From assembly GCA_000091205.1 (NCBI GenBank), contig AP006484.2: a stretch of DNA of 64,000 bases; one strand, 5' to 3'. The position numbers and the translations under genes were made by a program. Position 1 is the first letter of the stretch. Every line of letters begins with the position of its first letter. Below are positions 52,976-63,400 of this stretch, piece by piece. Origin of the DNA: Cyanidioschyzon merolae. Its lineage: Eukaryota. Under the pieces are notes generated by a model. That model was not told the origin of the DNA. It did not search any database and saw nothing but the letters and a program-made list of their open reading frames with translations.

Positions 52976-54222
52976 TCACGGCACGACAGCTGTGTATTCC
53001 TCTCTAGATATATGCAGTACGCATTTGCGCTCGCTGCAAGCGTATCGCGGAGCACAGACGCACTGTACACGAGCAATATGCACGCAAACGCGGACCGTCT
53101 GCTCCGTCCTTGCACATGGTTTTCGTATGGAGCAGAGAGAGCGTCGTTGATTTCGCGCTGAGGTCGCCCGGAGCCCAGTAGCAGACATATCCGCTTTGAG
53201 AGCCGTCACCGGGAGCATACCATTGCAGCCGCATGCTTCTCTTGGCAGTATGGGATCGGTGTCCGATTCGAATGCTGCTGGTATGGGGGCATAAGGTTCA
53301 GGGCTTTACGCCGAGCAGGATCTCGGAATGACCTAAACACCGCGCGCGCTAGCAATAACACCTACAGCATGGCTAGCGCACTGGTTCGAAGCGCCTGCGG
53401 ATGCAGCGGCGAGCATTGCATATCGACAACATCCAATAGGGTCTTGATAGGCTCGGGCACGCCCCGCATGCAACTTTCGACACATTTTCGAGGCCGTTCA
53501 CGGAACGTATGCAGCGTGGCGGCGGCATGCCCTCAGCGTCGTAGAACGAACGCGAGGCAACAGAGGCAGCAGGCGCAACCACAGGCACGATCGCTGCCGA
53601 CAAAGCCGATACCGCTGGAATCCCGTCGCTGTGCCGTTGCAACGCTTCGATGCGGCGCGCTTCCGCCCGATCACGTCGTTTTCTGGTGACTCGCACGCGC
53701 CACTGAGAAAGCGGTCATGTGTCTTGGGTGCAGGCATCGGGCAGGCAGCGGCAGATGGGCGCGAAACTCCGCGGCATGCGCTCTACGTGTTGTGGCGTCA
53801 CCAGGTGGCATTCTGGTGCTGGCGAAGGCGTCGGTATATGACGTACCGTCGATTGCTCTCTGGCGTCGCGTTCGCTACACGGCTCGGAAGAGCGTCGACT
53901 GCAAGCGCAGTCGCTGTCGTTCCCGATATCACTGACCCGATGGCTCTGGGCTGCTGACAGAAACCGCAGCGCTGCCGGAGCACTGCTCCAGCACGTTGGC
54001 CCAGGTCCAGCAATCTCGCTCGGACACGGAGCGCTTATCGGCGTTCTCGGTAGCTGCAAATCACCTGCGCCATCACGATACTGAGAACGAGCGAGAAACT
54101 CCTTGCGCTCGTGGCATACCCAAGTCCCAGAGGCTTAAAACGCCCGCGCAGGTGCAAATCGCAAGCGCCCGTTGCTTTCTCCTCGGATTCCCGTTCGACG
54201 CCCGACATTCCGCTGCACGCCT

Positions 54223-57200
54223 CTAGCTAAACTGCTCAACAAGCAGCTCCCAGGTTCCAGTTTCAGCATCATAACTAACGAAACGTGCGCCCTGCTGCTC
54301 CGCGTATTCTTGTAATCGTTGCCGAAATCGTTCAATCGCTTGTGGATCATTCGTTGGCTTTCCGGTTCGTTTGTCCATACGGAACACCTGCTCAAAACGC
54401 AAGAGCGCCCTTCGATTCAGGCCCTGTCCCGGGGGCGGGAGACCACTCCATCGATCGGACCTGGATGGCTGTTGTTGTTGTTGTTGCTGCTGCTGCTGCT
54501 GCTGAGCAGTCGTGCGGGTGCCTTTCGGCGGCATCGCGTCAGTATCGCGGGTCGGGTACAGGATGATCGTGCGCGGCTCAATCTGCACAATTTGATCCAG
54601 ATTGGCGTAGCGTAAATCCACCGGCTCCAGGAAACGAATTTCGGCAATGTGGCGACGGCCTAGTACAAAGTTAGAGACATGGGAGAGTGCTGCTTCATCA
54701 AGGGACTGAAGCTCGGCGAGCGGCGGTTTCGTATAGTACCCTGGTTTCGTGAGTCGCGGCACCCAAGCTGGCAATCGATCGCCCTGATCGGACGTTGAGG
54801 CTCCTGACGACACCGGTCCCTGTGCGTGGTACTCGAAGTGCGCACCTGGCGTCTGCTCGGAGCCTGGTGTGGCCGCTGACTCTTTTCCGGAGCGCTTCTC
54901 CGTACCCTGGCTACTGCGCAGTGGTACGATGGGTGACATGTCGGCAGCAAATGAAGGCGTTACGGTACCAGGAGCGTCGACGTTGGTGGCACGTGTTCGC
55001 TCCGGAGACGCATCCCGATCCAGAAGGTTTGCGCTCGGGCTCGCCAGCACTGCTTCCTGCGTGGTAATATCGGCGAGCGTCAATGTCGGTTCGGTTTGTC
55101 CTTGTGCGGCTGCGTCGCGGATCAGCTGCCTGATGCTTCGTTCTGGTTTGCCATTCTCGGTCTGGCGCAGGCGTCCGGGTGTCCATACGCTCGACCAGGA
55201 ATCGCCTGGCGTCTGATTCGGACGACCCCGGGCGACTGCTCGAGGTCGGTCAAACAACTCATGGAGCGGGACGCCACCAATGGAGGCTCCGTATGAGAAG
55301 GCTCGCACTTGACTTCTGGGCCGAACTCGATAGCTCGTCACGGGCGCGTTTGGTATCGATGCTAGTGGGGCCAGCAGCGACGCATGCGTGGTATCTAGCA
55401 CAGGCTCCGAGGTGACTCGAGTCCCTTGCCATCGCTCCGCATCAGTGGAGATGTTGCCCGCAGCGCCCGAGAGTGTCGGCAGCGGGCCGTACGGCGATGC
55501 GCTACTGGCGTTGCTTGCAGGCTGCGTTTGAAACGGAATCCCCTGCGGAGAAGCGTTCGTGGCAGCACCGAAGGCAGGCATCGCACCACTGCCACTACCA
55601 CCACCGAGGCCAAAACCTAGTCCAGACGGCATTCCAGTACTCGTAGCCGGCTGCATAGGACCCATATTCGCATTTGGGCTCGCCAAGGGTCGGAATGCTG
55701 ATCCCCCAAGACCGAACATGCCCCCAGAAGTTGAGGCACCGCCGCCAGGCTGTGTGCCGCCTAGGTTCGACCCACTCGATGACACTCCAAAGCGGAATAA
55801 ATCCCCAGTCGGCTTCGCACTCGTCTGGTTCGCTGCTCCGAATATGCCAGTTTGCTCCGAACGAGGTGTACTTGCGTTTCCTGACTGAAACGCGGGCGCT
55901 CCGCCTGCAGTCACCGTAGTGCTCCCTGTGCCAAAGAGGCCACCGGTACTGGTGCCGCTCTGTGCGGCACCAGCACCGGTTGATTGTCCACTTGGCTGAT
56001 TCGCTTGCGCTGCACCAAATCCGCCCAAACTAAATCTCGGAAGCGAGCTCTGTGCGCTTGGTGCTTGACCAGGCTGGCCACCAGTACCACCACCGCCTCC
56101 AATACCACTGCCACCAGCACCGAAGCTGCCTGCCGTACCCGGTGCGCCGCCTCCAACCAGGCCCGCCGACTGCGTGGATCCGCTGCCGCTTCCGCCGAAA
56201 AACGACCCGGGCGCGTTGCCTCCGAGACCGCCTCCGAACGATGGCATTGTATTGCTGAGACTACTCGTATTCTGGGTCGCGTTCAGCGTACCGAATGATG
56301 TTCCAGTGCCCAGCGGCCGCGATCCACCGAAACCGAGGCCACCGCTTGCAGGCGCACCGACAGTGCCTGACGTAGGAAAAGCGCCCGAGGTGCCCAGTGC
56401 TGCACTTACCGCTGGCTGATTTGTATTTGATCCGGCGCTCGCTCCAAAGCTGCTGAAAGCACCGGTCGTTGATCCAGGTGCACCAGCAAAGGGTGAAGGT
56501 CGGGCATTTGCGTTCGATCCAAACAAACCAGAGCCAAAGGGCGCATTCCCAGCACCCGTTCCGCTCCCTGCTTGATTGGATCCGAATGATGTCGTAGCAG
56601 AGGACCCGACACCACCGCCAAAGAGGCCGCCTGACTGACCCGCGTTTTGTCCAGGGATACCGAATCCCGTACCAGAACCTGTGGCGTTTGCATTCCCGAA
56701 ACCACCAGCTGAGGGTGCCGACCCAAATGCACCCCCAGTACTCCCAGCGGATGTGTTTTGTTGTTGTCCGAATGTCGTTCCCGAGATCGCCGATGCACCA
56801 AACGGGGAAGCGGCTCCTGAGGTACCAGCGTCACTGCGGAAAAGACCGCTGGGAGCAGTCAAACCGGTCGATGGCTTTGCTGCACCAAAAAGTCCTGTGT
56901 TCGTTGTGGAGGAACTGCCAAGGTTTCCAAAGAGCGAGCCACCACCCGTTCCGCTGGGTGCTGAACTACCTCCAGGGCCGCTTTGCCCCCGGTTACCCAG
57001 CTGGTAGTCTTCGAAACGGAGTTCCTCGAAGCTCTTCGATTCGAACCCGCTCATAAACACGATCGAATCGAAGAGTACCTGTTTGGTTCCGTGTGCCGTT
57101 GTTTCTGAGCTTGGTACTGGCCGAAAAGCCACCTGACCAGTGCCCTGGCTCGGTGCGGCACCCAGAGCAAGAGGCTGTGACCCTGAGGTGCCCGCTTGCC

Positions 57201-57546
57201 AGGCACTACCGCTTCCGGAGAGCGCACCCCCGCCAGCAGCGGCACCGGGGGCTCCGGTCACACCCGGGCGCAACCCGCCAGAAAACGAAGCACTCCCAAA
57301 AGGACTTGACCCGAAGGTGCTTGATGTGTTCGCGTTGCCCCCGAAAGGACTCATTGACGCTGAGCCCGTGTTTGGGCCTGGTTGTGCCGCTGGCCAGCCG
57401 CCAGCCTGGCTCAGCGCTGTTTGGGTGCCCGGCTGGCTCTGTGTGCTAAACAGCGACTGTGTTGGGGTTTGTGTCGGTGGATTTGCCCCGAAAGCACCCG
57501 CCAGTTGGTTATTCGACGGCTGCGTAGACGCGTTTCTACCGAACAT
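54223..57546 (-). CDS. NUP98: Nucleoporin Nup98-type (GLFG/FG-repeat nucleoporin with C-terminal autoproteolytic peptidase-S59 domain), encoded without Nup96
   Basis: The N-terminal ~800 aa hold dozens of FG/GLFG/FGxxxG repeats. The C-terminal domain reads ...YYTKPPLAELQSL...VSNFVLGRRHIAEIRFLEPVDL...YDAETGTWELLVEQFS-stop. This matches the Nup98 autoproteolytic domain that ends ...VSHF|SKY in the human protein. A Q12 tract is encoded at 54469..54506. Confidence 0.85.
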   Translation of the reverse strand: MFGRNASTQPSNNQLAGAFGANPPTQTPTQSLFSTQSQPGTQTALSQAGGWPAAQPGPNTGSASMSPFGGNANTSSTFGSSPFGSASFSGGLRPGVTGAPGAAAGGGALSGSGSAWQAGTSGSQPLALGAAPSQGTGQVAFRPVPSSETTAHGTKQVLFDSIVFMSGFESKSFEELRFEDYQLGNRGQSGPGGSSAPSGTGGGSLFGNLGSSSTTNTGLFGAAKPSTGLTAPSGLFRSDAGTSGAASPFGASAISGTTFGQQQNTSAGSTGGAFGSAPSAGGFGNANATGSGTGFGIPGQNAGQSGGLFGGGVGSSATTSFGSNQAGSGTGAGNAPFGSGLFGSNANARPSPFAGAPGSTTGAFSSFGASAGSNTNQPAVSAALGTSGAFPTSGTVGAPASGGLGFGGSRPLGTGTSFGTLNATQNTSSLSNTMPSFGGGLGGNAPGSFFGGSGSGSTQSAGLVGGGAPGTAGSFGAGGSGIGGGGGTGGQPGQAPSAQSSLPRFSLGGFGAAQANQPSGQSTGAGAAQSGTSTGGLFGTGSTTVTAGGAPAFQSGNASTPRSEQTGIFGAANQTSAKPTGDLFRFGVSSSGSNLGGTQPGGGASTSGGMFGLGGSAFRPLASPNANMGPMQPATSTGMPSGLGFGLGGGSGSGAMPAFGAATNASPQGIPFQTQPASNASSASPYGPLPTLSGAAGNISTDAERWQGTRVTSEPVLDTTHASLLAPLASIPNAPVTSYRVRPRSQVRAFSYGASIGGVPLHELFDRPRAVARGRPNQTPGDSWSSVWTPGRLRQTENGKPERSIRQLIRDAAAQGQTEPTLTLADITTQEAVLASPSANLLDRDASPERTRATNVDAPGTVTPSFAADMSPIVPLRSSQGTEKRSGKESAATPGSEQTPGAHFEYHAQGPVSSGASTSDQGDRLPAWVPRLTKPGYYTKPPLAELQSLDEAALSHVSNFVLGRRHIAEIRFLEPVDLRYANLDQIVQIEPRTIILYPTRDTDAMPPKGTRTTAQQQQQQQQQQQQPSRSDRWSGLPPPGQGLNRRALLRFEQVFRMDKRTGKPTNDPQAIERFRQRLQEYAEQQGARFVSYDAETGTWELLVEQFS

Positions 57547-57649
57547 GGTTTACCGCGTCAACGCTTCGTGGAAGCACAGCTCGTAATCGCTTTCATCCTG
57601 GTGCGGTGCATAGCAGTCGATTCGCTTTGGTGTGTGCACGATGCCGAAC

Positions 57650-59000
57650 AGAATGTAGACGAATCGCCCTCAGGATCTATATTGTTTACTGAATAGTGTA
57701 AGGAGTACTGCATCTCTGATTCGGGTCAGTCGCACCACAGTACTCAGATGGTTGAGGAACTCTAAAAGAAAGAAGGATATGGGCTCTGTGCCAAAAAACT
57801 GGTATGCTCTATAACTGCTTTCGGTCTATTGTAGAGAACGACTTTTTGATCACCTGACAAAAAGCGAAAAAGCGAAGATTATAGATGCCATGAGCGTCTC
57901 TGTTTCTCAATAGCTTGTTCATGGGGCCTCAAAACGCTGGGACACAGTCGCCGAGAAAATGTCCTAGTTCACATACGGCTATCTTCTACAGATATCGCAA
58001 CGACAGCGTTTCTGGAACGTTGCGGTCGGTATGAAGCAGAGGTAAGCCAGTTTATTTTCACAGACGATGAGACATCCTTCGGACGAAACGGTCGGATCGT
58101 AGATGGGTATTCGCTGAGAAGGTGCGCGTTCTGTGTGCGATCGAACTCGAAGAGAACGACGACATCATCATCTGTTCTAGGAGGAGTGGATTCGTTTGGC
58201 GGCCTCGGTTTCGCTCGTGGAGACGGCGCATCCTACAGTACCAACCACTTTGTCGAATGATTGAAGGGTTTTCCCTGGCATCTGGTGACGTTCTTCTATT
58301 GGAGAACGCGGTATATCACCATTCCCTTGCGATGGAGCTTTCGCCGAATCTATCGGGATCGAGCTGCCTTTCATTTGTCCATACGATCCGTGGTTCAGCT
58401 CCATCAAAGACGTGTTTTTTATGTTGAAAAGTAATAATCGCCTCGGTGACCGAATCGCTGAAGCGTTTCGCACACGGCGACACACTGGGGCACATGTCGT
58501 CTCTCTTTCGAGAGTCCCTCCAGCTTCGGAAAGTTTCTCACCTCGGAGCAGAGAGAAGCGCATTCATTTTCAAGAAATAGAACAATCCAAGGGAAGGTTA
58601 TGGACATGGAAGTCGAGGATGCTGGAGCGCCGTCATCGCCGGGTGCATGAAAGAAACGAAAAGTAATCTCCTTCTCGTCGACCATCCCTCGGAGAAGAGC
58701 AAGTGAAGAAGAATAAAAAGAAGATAGATACGCGAGCAAAGTTGTTTGCCCAACGAGATGATGACGAGACTGGCATGGTACAGAGGGCGCGAATTCGATG
58801 ACTCCTTGCACGGAGGAGTTTCACCAGCGGCAATAAACGCCAGGAGTTCATGAAACGAGACTTGAACGCCACTGTCAATATCAGACGATGTGCGGTGCTG
58901 AAGACGGGACCCGAGCATCTCTCGCGACCAACTTCATGCGGCAGCCTCGCAAACTCGATGTGTTCAGGAAGAAGCTGAAACCGGTATTAGGGGGCCAATC
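57650..59000 (+). mobile_element. Degenerate DNA transposon, copy B (same family as 42.4–43.85 kb), with a transposase pseudogene, in the Nup98/Nup96 divergent upstream region
   Basis: The reverse complement of 58600–58940 aligns with 42560–42880. The region 57700–58100 aligns with 43380–43700. Plus-strand ORF fragments 58122..58427 and 58412..58666 share RIAEAFRTRRHTGAHVV with copy A. The frame is broken. Boundaries are approximate. Confidence 0.55.
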
Positions 59001-60484
59001 AAAATAGCCGGGAGGCGCCTGTGCGTGTTTCTTCATATCCACTCCATGGCCGTGGGACATTTTTTGTTTCTCTGATCACACGTAACTGAAACGAATGTAG
59101 ATGAACGCTAGCTGAGCGTTTAGTGGCGCAGCAGCGGCGACCGGACATATATGGTGCGGTGGTACTGGATGCACTCCGAGGGTGTCATTTTTTTCGTGGT
59201 ATCGCATCAGTGAACGTATTGCGACTCCCGTATGATGCAGATGGAAGCATGGAAGGCGACGAGTATACGAAAATTTCTGCGGCAAAAGACCTGCAGTGCA
59301 CGGAAGAGAAGGAAATGTTTTTTAGAGCTTTCTTTTACCGAGACGTGAGTGAAATCTGTAGTGCCTCGAATCTACCAAGTCTTTACAATGCAAGTCTTAT
59401 GAAAAATTGCTGCCGATTTCTCTGAATGTCCATGTTCGCCGTCTAGTGTGGCCTGTAACCTGTACCTCTTGAAGGCTACCCGTGTCTGACAGCGTTCTCT
59501 AGACAACCAGAAGGACGCAATCACCTCTGGATGCATCCACAGGCGTTCCGATCCGGCACTGGATAGCATCTGCTCGTGTGGCTTGGGCGGGGGCGGAGGC
59601 GGGCGCCACCAAGTGGGATACACTTGCCTGCTGCTGCATACGCTCGAATGGCGCTCCGACACTGAAGAGCAAATGCTCGCGTAGCATCTGCTAGATACGT
59701 CTGCTTTCTTGTGCTCCGGCCCGGAAGCGACATGAAAATTGTCGGTTCCTCACGATCTGGAGTCCTCGCTCAGCGGCCTGCGTAGGCATGCGACAAGTGC
59801 CGCGCACTCCTGAAGCTATATGCTCTTGCGGCAGAACCGGCCCCGGCTGAGGAGCCATTCAGAACGCGACAGCATTGAAGTGCTGCAGGCCCTGGTCGCA
59901 TATATCTCGGACAGGAGCATTCCGGCATTCGAAAAGCATAACAAGCGTTTTTATTTAGCCGAACGCGAGTTCGATTGTCTCGAAGCCCGAGTTCAGCGGC
60001 AGTGCTCCGAAGCACGCTGGTGTTGCGGTGCACCGAAGCGGTAGATCCTCGTTACCTGCATATTCGCTGCAATGCACAAAAACGCCACAAATACCGCGTG
60101 GAATACGGAGATAACTCTTCGTCGACCACTTGCCCCAGATCATCTGATAATTTTTTCAAGGCATCAAAGCGCCTTGCCCTGCTTTCGACGCAGATAGAAA
60201 CCATGGATACGTACCGCCTAAATGCACACCGTAGATAAGATTGACAAAAAGGTCACGTGCTGCAGACGCAACACAGTTCTTTCTCGCATGCCTGGTGCCG
60301 CTTGGCTTTACTTTTTGCATAAAGCGCCATTGTTTTGGGTTAACGGTCCTGTTTACAAAGGGACTTGCTTTTCAGAAAGCACGGACAGGTCGTCTCCGGC
60401 AACCGAAACTGAGCGCGCCTCGAAAAAAACGTTTCGTGGGCGCCGACGCTGGTCTTCGCTCCGTACGACCTACGCCAGCGCTCC

Positions 60485-63400
60485 ATGGTTTCATCACCCG
60501 CGATTCAGGTTTCTGCTGTCCAAAGAAACGTTGAAAGTGGTTGGCGGGCACCCACAGGCTACTCTGACTCAGAAGACACTGATGACGGGAAGGATGAGCG
60601 CCTTTTTCGCTCAGGTCCGCGACGGATCGAGGTGCCATCAAGTAGCGAGAGCGAAACATCGACCTCGCCGCCGTCAAAGCTTGCTCGATCGACACCGTCT
60701 GCGTCGAGTGCCTCTACAGATGGGATAACTGCTGGTGCAGGTGTGGATGAAGAAGGAAACGAATCGGATTACGTCGCACCAGGTGTTTCCTTTTCTCGTT
60801 TAGCACGACGATACACGCTTGCTAGGTCCTGGCTACCCGGTGTGCACCGTGCCCTCTTCGCAACGCCCGATGAAGCATTCGGAGCTCCCTCGACGGACAC
60901 GCCCATGGATATGAAACAGCATAATCGCTCCGTAGCGCGGACCCAGAGACCCGAGTCGCGTCACATACAGGCTACCGATGGAACCGGGGACCGCGCTGCA
61001 GCTGAGCGTTTAGAGCCGCTCGACGCGGCAACAGCGGCAACGCTGCAGCTGCTGCAGTCAAGCACGTCAACGGAACTGGGTGAACAACGTGAGCTGCATA
61101 AAGCAGTTGAGTTGTCGCGCAAATCCCTCATAGCGGATACCGCAAGCATGCATGCTACTGGGCAAGTATCCGACGCATTTCGCTCGCGGATTACGGAACA
61201 GACTCGCGCTCCGTCGCTTCTTGCGTCCGAAACGAACGTTCAAGTTGTTTCGGTGGCGGGCACTTCACCGAGAACGGCAGTTCTTCGATCCTTGGATCAA
61301 CTTCTTGAAGAGCGAATGCGTGGACTGGATATCGCCACAGCTTTCATGCCCATGGCTCGCGTCATAGGTCCTCTCGTGTTTGCGAATGGAGGCGGGCCTG
61401 AACGCAGCGCGAAGCGCGCTGCTTGTGGGGTCGTATACCCTTCCATGAAGATGTGGACGCCTTCGAAAGGCACCGCTGATCGGTCAGAGCTTCATCTCGG
61501 CCTGGTTCGTGTTGCAGACGACGCCGCAATAGAGGCATCCGTACACTGCGAGGCGACCAGCCGCTACCAAACACTCGGTGAAGCACTTGCCACGGGAAAT
61601 CGGCGCCATGATTTTTTCCAGGAACTGGTTACTCGCTACAGGACACAAAAGGATGAGCACGGTGAGATTGTTGCAAGCTTGTTGGACGCCCTGTATGGTG
61701 ATCACGCTGGAGCTGCATCAACATGGTATAGGTTTTCAGCATGGCTGAGGGATTGTGCCTGCCCCAAGATGCAGAGCGTAGATGAATTTCGAGACGATTG
61801 GCAACATGCGCGTGCCGTTTCTGCGGTTTCCGCTGCATCCGACGGGCAAGCACTCGACGAAGCGCTTTTTTTGCTATCCGGAGGCCAGGTGCTGGCGGCA
61901 GCGCAGCGGCTGCAAAAGGCCGGCGACTTGCGCCTCGCACTCCTTTTGAGTCGCTGTCTGGACCCGCATGAAGACTTGGCATTGGATGCGGCGAATCAAG
62001 TGGAAACGTGGGAAAACGATGGCCTTTCTGAAAAAACGCTTGGAGCGCGCCGTCTTGATCTCATGTACTTGTTAGCAGGCCAAGTACAGCGTGCTTCTGG
62101 TCATGCCCTCGTGTCAATGGATGAACCGCCTTGGTTCTGTGGACCGCATTTGACGTGGATACGGGCCTTTGCCTTATTTTTTTGGTACGCACGCATGGAT
62201 GCCAGTAGACGGGACGCTCTGCAGGGATCCATGGATGCCACTGCCGGTGCCGCTGATACGAATGATTCGTGTACCGACGCATACGCGGATGACGTGCGCT
62301 TCCGTATGCGGCTTAGCGCTGCGCTAGACGCCTACGAGACAGCCTGGAAGGCGGCGATGCACTTACGTAGCCGCAGTCGCGACCTAGATGATGATGAGGA
62401 GCAGGACGAGCACGAGGACGCGGAGGATGCGGTGCGACCGTCGGCAACAAGGTCACCGCGATCATCACCACCGGCGATGCACGCATCCTCTAGATCGCCA
62501 TCACCGATTCCCAGATCGCCTAGATCGCCTAGATCGCAGCTACGTGCATCCTCTAGATCGCCTAGATCGCCTAGATCGCCTAGATCGCCTAGATCGCCTA
62601 GATCGCCTAGATCGCAGCTGCGTGCATCCTCTAGATCGCCGTCACCAATGCCTAGATCGCCTAGATCGCAGCTGCGTGCATCCTCTAGATCACTGAGGGC
62701 GGTAGCGGCTGCGTCACTCGCCCGTGTGCCACCGCCGCTGCCGCCGGCCCTGGATCGTGCGCATCGCAGGGGCGAGCTGCGGCAGCTGCCGCTCACTGCA
62801 GATGAGGCAGAGACGGGGCCCGAGGATCGCGTCACCACCCTAGCGGTATTCGATGCTGTCTATGTACTCTTGCGGTGGTATTGTCTTTCGCCTACGTTCT
62901 GTAGCAGGCGTTATCAGCTTATGCCAGAGTGCTTTGGTCTTCACAAGAGTGACTCTTTGGATTTCCGGCTTGTGTGGTTGCTGTGGGAGTGCATAGGCAG
63001 CGGCGCATGGGTATCCGTGCCTTTTGACTGGATTGATCCGCTTCTACGAGCACAGTGCTACGAGGCGTATGCGTTGCAGCTTGAGTCTGCCGGGAGGCCG
63101 CTCGAGGCAATCTACGTTCGGGCGACGCTCAGTCGCGGATCGGATCTGCTCCAGTATCTGTGCTATCTGTGGCCGCGTCTGCTTCGAGAAAATGTCCCCG
63201 ACTGGCCTGTTTCGTTGCCTGTTGCAGGTGAGTTGCGAGGATCAGGACCCAGTTCGGAGGCTTCGTGGTCAACGGTGCGCACTGCCGCTGACATCGACTC
63301 GCTGCCGGTGATGCGTTGGCTCCGAGAGCGCGTCCGCCTGCCGCGGTGCTGGCTCCTGCAGGCACACTACCAATGGCTGGAGTTTGCGCTTGTGGCGGCG

